A stretch of DNA of 10,258 bases, taken from contig JANPJS010000139.1 in assembly GCA_031425655.1 (NCBI GenBank), positions 1 through 10,258 of the forward strand. The letters run 5' to 3'. Positions 3,947-10,258 of this stretch are shown in pieces. This DNA comes from Abditibacteriaceae bacterium. GTDB lineage: Bacteria; Armatimonadota; Abditibacteriia; Abditibacteriales; Abditibacteriaceae. The notes below the pieces were generated by a model that searched no databases, was not told the DNA's origin, and worked only from the letters and a program-made list of their open reading frames with translations. How positions within the stretch are numbered: position 1 is the stretch's first letter; every line of letters starts with the position of its first letter. Both the position numbers and the translations under genes were made by a program.

Positions 3947-6502
3947 TCACCTTCCCGCGATGACAGTTGCGCTTTGCCCGCTGAGAACGCGGCCTGCCGA
4001 ATCCAGCAGGTCGAAGCTCACTTGCACCGAATCGCCGCTGCGTAGTTTGGTGATCGGCACTTTCAGCAGCACGGAGAAGTTGCTGGCGCTGTAAGTGGCG
4101 CGTTCGATGTTGACGGCAACGCCGTTAATCGTCAGCGTGTAGCGAGCCGGTTCGGCGGCGGCTGCGGCATCTAAGGCGCCGGTGAAGCCCAGCCTGACCG
4201 TGCTGGTGCTGGCCGTGGCGCTGAACTGCGACAACTCGACTTGCGAGGTGCCGCCTCCGCCGCTCGTTTCGACGGTGAAGGTGCTGAGCGCGCTGTCGCT
4301 GAGGCCGAGATCGTTGGTGGCCACGGCTTCGAGAAGATAACTGCCATCTTTCAAATCGGTGCCGGATGGCAAGCCACTTGTGCGCTGGAAGTTGACGCCG
4401 TTGACGGTGCCCAAAGGTGTCAGCGTGGTGCTGAGCGCGGTGCGAGCGCCCCAGCCTGCTCCGGTGTAAAACAAACCGTCGCTGTTACGTTTCAGGAACA
4501 ATTGCACCGATTGCACGGCATCGCCCTGCGCTGTGCCGGCAATCGTCGGCAGCGAGGAAATCGTCGTGCCGTTTTTGGGCGTGGTGATGGCCACCGTCGG
4601 TGCCGCGCCGACGGTCACCGTCGAAGTTAGGGTCGTGCTGTTGCCGGCGCGATCAACGGCGGTTACTACGAGGGTGTAAAGACCGCGCTGAAGATTGCTG
4701 CCGGTGGGCAGGGCGGAACTGCGCTCGTAAAGACCGGTTGAACCGTTGTAGTTTGTGGTCAGCGTCGGCGCAACCAAAGCGATGGGCGGCGCGGGCGGCA
4801 GAGGGACGCCTGTCGCAATCGGATTGAAGGCCAAACCCGCCGGGCCGGGAATCGAATCGTTGGCGAAGATGGCGCGGCTTTTTCCCGGCGCCGGATTCGG
4901 CACGCCGTTTTGCTTGTTGGGGGAAATGCTAAAGCGCAGCACAGCGTCGCCGTCGCCGGCGTTGTTGGTTGCCGTTCCGAAAATGCTGACGTAAAGATTG
5001 TTGTCCGGCCCGAAAATCAAGCGTTCCGGCCCATTAATGCCGAAGTTCGCACCGTTGTCATCCGCCAAAAAGTTGCCGATGAAAGCGCCGGTCACGCCGT
5101 GGTAAAGCTTGATGTCATCGCTGCCGCTGCTGCACACGTAAAGCTCCGGCACAGCATCGCCGTTGGCATCCGGGCCAAAGGTTGCGCCGGTCGGGATGCT
5201 GAGTCCGCCGCTTTGCGCCGCCGGCACGAAATCACGAATATAAGCGCCGGTTACACCGTTGTAGACGACGATTTTGCCTTCAATCAAGGCCACGGCGTAA
5301 AGGTCTTGGGCGCCGTCGCCGTTGGCATCGCGGCCAAAAATAATGTCTTCGTAGCCGTTGGACACGACGCCATTGCCGCTGCGGGGCGCAAAAACGAAAT
5401 TGCCTTTGTAAACGCGCGTGCGCCCATCGAAGCGTTTGATCGTTGTCGCCAAAGTTGTGGTGTCGCCTGCAAAGCCGGAGGCGACCAGCAAGTCGGGGTA
5501 AAGGTCGTTCGGCCCGCTTTTGGGCATGAAGGCTAAGCCCGTCGGGTCGTGCATATCGCCACCGCGCGCGAAAATGCCGATGCGACGGCGTGTGCGGCCA
5601 TCGTAGAAGATCACTTTGTCATTATCGCGGTCGGTGGCGTAAAGTTCGGGATAACCGTCGCCGTCTTGATCGGGGCCGAAAAGAATGGTTTCAGGATGCG
5701 CAAGGTTGCGCGCGAAGTCTCGCACCGGCTGGCCGGTGGTGGTGCGAAATTCACGGATGATGCCGTTGTTGTAGCTGCCAACCAAAAGCTCTGCGGGCGG
5801 ATAAAACGCCCCGCTTTCGGGTTGCAGGCCTACCCAGGCCGTGCCGTTCCAGTATTTGTCGTCGCTGTGGCGGCGCAGCGTGAAAGTCACACGATCCACA
5901 CCGCTTTCGCTGCTGCTTTCGCGCGCGCTGCCTCGCGTTGCCAAATTAGTCACCACGGTGCCGTTGCGCGGCGTAATGATGCTCAGCGTCGGCGGTCTGC
6001 GGTCTGCGGTGACGGTTTCGCTGGCGCGGCTTACGTTGCCCGAAGCATCCGTGGCCTCGGCGGTGATAACGAAGGTGCCGGAGCCTAACGCGCTGCCCGT
6101 AGGCAGAGTCATGCCGGGCGCCGGTGCCGTCCAGACCACGCCCAGCGAGTAAACGAATTGCTCATCGCGCAGAACCGTAGGCAACAGCACCGGCGTGGAA
6201 ACCCAGCGTGAACCGTCCCAGTATTTTTGATCCTGATTGCGCTTGAGAATGATGTTGACGCTGCTGACGCTGCCGCCGTCGGTGACGCCGGCGTTGTCAA
6301 TGGCGCTGCCCTGAATGGTCGCCAGCGTGTTCACAAAGGTGTTGGGGCTGGGCTGGACAAAGGTGATTTGTGGCGCAACAACGTCGCCCGGAATTATGGC
6401 CGCCCATGCGCTCTGCGCGCCGGCTATGCCAAGTAACGCCACTACAACACGCAAATGGCGTTGCGTATCGAAAATGCGAATTCGTCCCTTTAATTTCGTC
6501 AT
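3947..6502 (-). CDS. Secreted multidomain protein: signal peptide, three Ig-like repeats, six-bladed NHL-like beta-propeller with Ca-binding loops, C-terminal beta-sandwich
   Basis: 851 aa; basic N-terminus, hydrophobic VVVALLGIAG, AWA cleavage at aa 34; repeats P.(I/L/V).I..P.NG...L(K/R)R.SD..Y(W).G..W...LP(T/S)G..L..G.(Y/F)....A.D..GN; blades with P.G(L/I).FGPD..LYV and DxxGDG loops. Confidence 0.9.
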   Translation of the reverse strand: MTKLKGRIRIFDTQRHLRVVVALLGIAGAQSAWAAIIPGDVVAPQITFVQPSPNTFVNTLATIQGSAIDNAGVTDGGSVSSVNIILKRNQDQKYWDGSRWVSTPVLLPTVLRDEQFVYSLGVVWTAPAPGMTLPTGSALGSGTFVITAEATDASGNVSRASETVTADRRPPTLSIITPRNGTVVTNLATRGSARESSSESGVDRVTFTLRRHSDDKYWNGTAWVGLQPESGAFYPPAELLVGSYNNGIIREFRTTTGQPVRDFARNLAHPETILFGPDQDGDGYPELYATDRDNDKVIFYDGRTRRRIGIFARGGDMHDPTGLAFMPKSGPNDLYPDLLVASGFAGDTTTLATTIKRFDGRTRVYKGNFVFAPRSGNGVVSNGYEDIIFGRDANGDGAQDLYAVALIEGKIVVYNGVTGAYIRDFVPAAQSGGLSIPTGATFGPDANGDAVPELYVCSSGSDDIKLYHGVTGAFIGNFLADDNGANFGINGPERLIFGPDNNLYVSIFGTATNNAGDGDAVLRFSISPNKQNGVPNPAPGKSRAIFANDSIPGPAGLAFNPIATGVPLPPAPPIALVAPTLTTNYNGSTGLYERSSALPTGSNLQRGLYTLVVTAVDRAGNSTTLTSTVTVGAAPTVAITTPKNGTTISSLPTIAGTAQGDAVQSVQLFLKRNSDGLFYTGAGWGARTALSTTLTPLGTVNGVNFQRTSGLPSGTDLKDGSYLLEAVATNDLGLSDSALSTFTVETSGGGGTSQVELSQFSATASTSTVRLGFTGALDAAAAAEPARYTLTINGVAVNIERATYSASNFSVLLKVPITKLRSGDSVQVSFDLLDSAGRVLSGQSATVIAGR

Positions 6503-6545
6503 GGTGAATGATCCTAATGTGAACTACAAACAAGGCTTGCAAAGA

Positions 6546-6574
6546 ATTATAGACGGCTTGAGAAGACTTGTCGC
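6546..6574 (-). promoter_or_regulatory. Putative sigma70-type promoter of the 851-aa gene
   Basis: Minus strand GCGACA (6574-6569) - 17 bp - TATAAT (6551-6546), 43 bp upstream of ATG 6502. Confidence 0.65.
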
Positions 6575-6725
6575 CTTGTTCTTGCTGCGCCGAATGATTT
6601 CAGTAGCCCGCAAACGGTGCCGTGAAATAGTATCCTTTGTGAAGCGGTGTGCTTAGAACTTGTGGCCGGGCGCGCGTTGCACCGGCAAGCCGTCAAATAT
6701 ATCTCATAAAATCAAATGTGGTTTC

Positions 6726-6755
6726 TTGGGCAAGACACAAAGTTTTCGCTATAAT
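6726..6755 (+). promoter_or_regulatory. Putative sigma70-type promoter of the Calx-beta repeat gene
   Basis: TTGGGC (6726-6731) - 18 bp - TATAAT (6750-6755); context GTTTTCGCTATAAT resembles GTTTTGGGCTATAAT at 1992-2006. Confidence 0.5.
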
Positions 6756-7061
6756 GGGACGCGCCTGAGTCGTTTTGTTGCTCCCACGAAGAACCTTTTT
6801 ACGCAGACTTTATCGAGGCCGTGCATCGCGTCAAGGCTGTTTTCGTTTCTGTTACGTGCGTCATTTTTGAGTTTTTTTCGACTTTTCATGTGCATTGGCA
6901 ATAATCTTATGTCAATTTTCGTGTGCGATGGAACTCTGGCGAATGGGCATAGGTCTAACCGGGACAAAATGCCGGGAATGGGTTGCACTGCACGGAGAGA
7001 GAAGGCGTTTTTCTCGCTTCCAAGAGTGGCCGCACAAAGTTATCAGAGCAAGTTTTCTCGT

Positions 7062-7094
7062 CTTACCAAGCATTCGCTTACCAAGCATTCGCTT
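7062..7094 (+). repeat. Perfect 15-bp tandem duplication
   Basis: CTTACCAAGCATTCG CTTACCAAGCATTCG CTT. Confidence 0.95.
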
Positions 7095-7162
7095 TCGGAC
7101 TTCAGCAGCGCTACGGGAGTTTCTGCACTATTAAGCATGATCCTGGGCAAGGAGATCGGTTG

Positions 7163-10100
7163 ATGCATTTTTTTAATAATCATGGGCTGCGGGAGCAGTC
7201 CACCGGCGCGTCGCCTTTGGCGGCGCGCCTCGTCGTGTCATTGCGCATTGCGCCCGCATTGTTAGTGTGGGCGCTTTTTGGTGCTTTTGGGCCGCTCGAC
7301 AGCGCAAAAGCGCAGCCGGCGAACCCCGAAGCGGTTCTTCTTACGCCAATTAGCGACCGCAACAGCGAATCGGATGCTTTGGGCACGCGGCCCGGCCCTC
7401 TGCCTTCGTTTCAAGTGTCGCTGCGTGATGCCGCTGCGGCGGGCACTAACGTCGTAGTGCCGACGCAGGATGTTTTTGTCACGTTAGGCGTGCAGAATTT
7501 GAACGCTGGGGCAGATTCCAATCCTGAGGCTTTGATTGCTACGGTGGCGCAGCCGGTTTTTCAACAGCAGCAGGTGCTGCTGTTCACGCCGGCCAATTAC
7601 GATCAGCCGCAAATCGTTACTGTGCGAGGCGTAGATGGTAACGTGGCGGATGGCGATCAAATTTTTCGCGTGCGCGTTTTATCGGTGACCAGCGGCGATC
7701 CCAACTATAACAATCTGGGAACTGCGGGCAATCCGGCGCCTTTTCAAGTTCAGGAAATTCAAGGCGTCAACGCCGACAACGATGCTCCGGCCAACGGCAC
7801 CGACGGAGTGGACGTGCGCACGGTGGATAATCAACCGTTGGGCACGCTGCAAACCAATGAAAACGGCTCTGAGGCTCAGTTTTCGGTGGTGTTGCGCAGC
7901 CAGCCGGCCTCCGATGTCACCATTAATTTACAAACCACGGACCCGACCGAGGGCAGACTTCTCGATTTGGGCGTTCTCGTAGACTCGACTTCCATCACTT
8001 TTTCGCCTGATCCCACGGCCTCCAACGCTTTTAACGTGCCGCAAATCGTTACGGTGCGGGGCATAGACGACACGTTGGCCGACGGCAACATCAATTACCG
8101 TATCATCGCCACGATCTCGACGACCGACCCCATTTACGCGGCTATTGATCCTCAAGATGTTTTATTGGTCAACAACGACAACGAAAGGCCCGGCCTGACT
8201 TTATCGCCGAGCTTTGTTGTGGTTTTTGAAGGCCAGACGGCCACCATCAGCGCCGTTCTCAATCGCGCTCCGACCAGCCAGGTGTTGTTTAGCCTGAGCG
8301 TGGACGACACCACCGAGGCACGCCTTAACCGCAGTCAACTGGTATTCAACGCTTCAAACTTCAATGTCCCCCAGGACATCGTCGTGACCGGTGTCCAGGA
8401 TTTCCTCCTTGATGGCGACCGGCCTTTTGTCATTACAGTCGGCGATGCGGTCAGCAGCGACACCACTTATAATGGCCAGTTTGGCACGACCGTGACCGGC
8501 GTCACGATTGACACCGATACGGCTAACGTCAACATTCAACCGCCGGGCGGTTTGCAGACAACCGAGCAGGGCGGCACCGCTACTTTTCAGTTGAGCTTGT
8601 CTTCGATGCCGCAGCCCGGCACCACGGTAACCATTAACCTGAGCAGCAGCAACACCAGCGAAGGCACGGTTTCGCCCGCCAGCGTGGTTTTCACGCCCGC
8701 CAACTTCAATGTGCCGCGCACCGTAACTATCCGGGGCGTGAACGATTTATTCATTGACGGTGACCAGAGCTATCAAATTGATCTTTCCGTCGCAGGCGGC
8801 GCGGGCAGCGACCCCAATTTCCGCGTGCTGAATTTGCAGCCGGTTACGGTTGTTAACGTGGACGACGGCGAAACCGCCGGCATCACGGTCACGCCAACCA
8901 CACGGCTGACCACCTCAGAGGCTGGCGGTAATGCGACCTTTGCCGTTTCGCTGAACTCACAGCCGACTGCCACGGTAACGCTGAATTTGCGGAGCACAAA
9001 GCCTACCGAGGGTATCGTTACTCCCTCGCGCCTGACCTTTACGACGAGCAATTTCGCTACGCCTCAAGCTGTGACCGTTACCGGCGTGGACGATGCGATT
9101 GACGACGGCAACATTCTTTATCAGATCGTTCTGGAACAGCTTACGAGCGCCGATCCGAAGTATCGCTTCAACCCTGCCGACTTGTCGGCTATCAACACGG
9201 ACGACGATACGCGCGGCGTTACCATCGCACCGAGCACCGGCTTGGTGACGACAGAAGCCGGCGGCAAGGATAATTTCCGCGTCGCCCTTAACTCGCAGCC
9301 GCGGGGCAACGTGACCTTAGACCTCAGCACCAGCGCTACGGATGAAGTGAGCTTTGTGCCGACGCGCATCATCTTTACGCCAAACGATCCTCCTGCCGGT
9401 TCCGCTTCCAACGTGGCGCGTTGGGATGTTGGTTTGAACGTCGCCGTGACCGGTGTCAACGACAGCATCATAGATGGAGACGCTAACTGGACTATTATCA
9501 CGGCGCCACTGGTGAGTCCGAGCGACCCGATTTATAACGGATTCGATCCGGTTAATGTCAAGGGTGTCAATCAGGATAACGACGCTGCCGGGTTTTCGTT
9601 TAATCCACAGTTCATTCTGGTAACCGAAGGCAGCACCAAAACCTTCACGGTTGTTCTCAACGCCAAGCCGACCACCAACACGCAGGTTGTCTTGCCTTTG
9701 AGCATCAACACCACGACCGAAGCCATCTTAAACAAGACCCAACTGGTTTTCACCACCACCAATTTCAATGTGCCGCAAACGGTGCAGGTCACTGGCATTG
9801 ACGACGGCGTAGCCGACGGTAATCAACCCATTGTTATCACTATTGGCGCTCCCGTCAGCGGCGATCCCGCCTACAACGCTCTGCCGGCCCGCACACTAAA
9901 CGGCCTGGTGTTGGATAACGCGGTCAAGCCGGGCGTGACTTTTGTCGGGCCGACACCCAACGAGACCAACGAAGACGGCAGTTCGGTGACCTTCAGCGTG
10001 CAATTAACCACGCAGCCGGCGGCCAGCGTAACTTTGAACCTGCGCTCGGATGATGCGACCGAAGGCATCGTTACGCCCTCGCGCCTGATCTTCACTCCGA

Positions 10101-10258
10101 CCAACTTCGCCACGCCTCAAGCGGTAACGGTGACCGGTTTGGATGACGAGATAGACGATGGCGACATCGCTTACAACGTGATCACCGATCAACTGATCAG
10201 CGGCGATCCGCGTTACAGCGTTTTGAATCCCATAGACATCGCATTGGTGAACGTGGAC
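7163..10258 (+). CDS. Large secreted Calx-beta-like repeat protein (putative adhesin/surface protein), 3'-truncated by the window end, absent from the ORF track
   Basis: AAGGAG at 7149-7154, ATG 7163; my translation is open to the window end (1032 codons): MHFFNNHG...ALLVWALFGAFGPLDSAKA|QPA signal peptide, then eight ~110-150 aa repeats with T.E.G..A.F.V.L.SQP...VT..L......EG......L.FT..NF.VPQ.VTV.GVDD...DG...Y.I.......DP.Y......V.N.DND. Confidence 0.93.
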   Translation, partial: MHFFNNHGLREQSTGASPLAARLVVSLRIAPALLVWALFGAFGPLDSAKAQPANPEAVLLTPISDRNSESDALGTRPGPLPSFQVSLRDAAAAGTNVVVPTQDVFVTLGVQNLNAGADSNPEALIATVAQPVFQQQQVLLFTPANYDQPQIVTVRGVDGNVADGDQIFRVRVLSVTSGDPNYNNLGTAGNPAPFQVQEIQGVNADNDAPANGTDGVDVRTVDNQPLGTLQTNENGSEAQFSVVLRSQPASDVTINLQTTDPTEGRLLDLGVLVDSTSITFSPDPTASNAFNVPQIVTVRGIDDTLADGNINYRIIATISTTDPIYAAIDPQDVLLVNNDNERPGLTLSPSFVVVFEGQTATISAVLNRAPTSQVLFSLSVDDTTEARLNRSQLVFNASNFNVPQDIVVTGVQDFLLDGDRPFVITVGDAVSSDTTYNGQFGTTVTGVTIDTDTANVNIQPPGGLQTTEQGGTATFQLSLSSMPQPGTTVTINLSSSNTSEGTVSPASVVFTPANFNVPRTVTIRGVNDLFIDGDQSYQIDLSVAGGAGSDPNFRVLNLQPVTVVNVDDGETAGITVTPTTRLTTSEAGGNATFAVSLNSQPTATVTLNLRSTKPTEGIVTPSRLTFTTSNFATPQAVTVTGVDDAIDDGNILYQIVLEQLTSADPKYRFNPADLSAINTDDDTRGVTIAPSTGLVTTEAGGKDNFRVALNSQPRGNVTLDLSTSATDEVSFVPTRIIFTPNDPPAGSASNVARWDVGLNVAVTGVNDSIIDGDANWTIITAPLVSPSDPIYNGFDPVNVKGVNQDNDAAGFSFNPQFILVTEGSTKTFTVVLNAKPTTNTQVVLPLSINTTTEAILNKTQLVFTTTNFNVPQTVQVTGIDDGVADGNQPIVITIGAPVSGDPAYNALPARTLNGLVLDNAVKPGVTFVGPTPNETNEDGSSVTFSVQLTTQPAASVTLNLRSDDATEGIVTPSRLIFTPTNFATPQAVTVTGLDDEIDDGDIAYNVITDQLISGDPRYSVLNPIDIALVNVD

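Noticed and set aside
6663..6681. Sigma-54 promoter (TGGCCGGGCGCGCGTTGCA)
   Set aside because: GG-to-GC spacing is not the required 10 nt and the TGGCAC consensus is not met.
7168..7174. Phase-variable poly-T tract at the start of the Calx-beta gene
   Set aside because: Only seven T residues, and the gene is in frame; too short to claim without read-level evidence.
9005..10168. Diversity-generating retroelement TR/VR pair
   Set aside because: Differences between the two similar segments are mostly synonymous third-position changes, not adenine-specific, both lie in the same ORF, and no reverse transcriptase is present.
235..10192. Numerous short ORFs in the track overlapping the main genes (e.g. 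245..871, 2210..2710, 4910..5536, 5549..6088, 9121..9501)
   Set aside because: Antisense or alternative-frame shadows of GC-rich genes, with no recognisable motifs or RBS.

Overview
Bacterial chromosomal window, moderately GC-rich; the lineage cannot be established from sequence alone (the secreted-protein style is reminiscent of Armatimonadota/Abditibacteriota, low-confidence inference). Left half: tyrS (98..1369), an ORF carrying only the N-terminal core-binding domain of a XerC/XerD-type tyrosine recombinase (1359..1940), a YabR-like S1-domain RNA-binding protein (2155..2703) and a convergent dapF (3007..3876). Right half: two divergently transcribed large secreted proteins, an 851-aa Ig-like/beta-propeller protein (3947..6502, -) and a Calx-beta-like repeat protein that starts at 7163, runs off the window (>1032 aa) and is missing from the ORF track. 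The most unusual content is non-coding or architectural: a 216-bp TTAA-bounded MITE with nested REP-like palindromes abutting the dapF stop, two tandem-repeat-armed hairpin elements bracketing tyrS, a dif-like 11-6-11 sequence overlapping the stop codon of the catalytically empty Xer ORF, a possible H-type pseudoknot before the S1 gene, substitutions in the DapF distal substrate pocket, and a six-bladed propeller inserted inside an Ig-like repeat. No CRISPR array, RNA gene, transposase or reverse transcriptase is visible.
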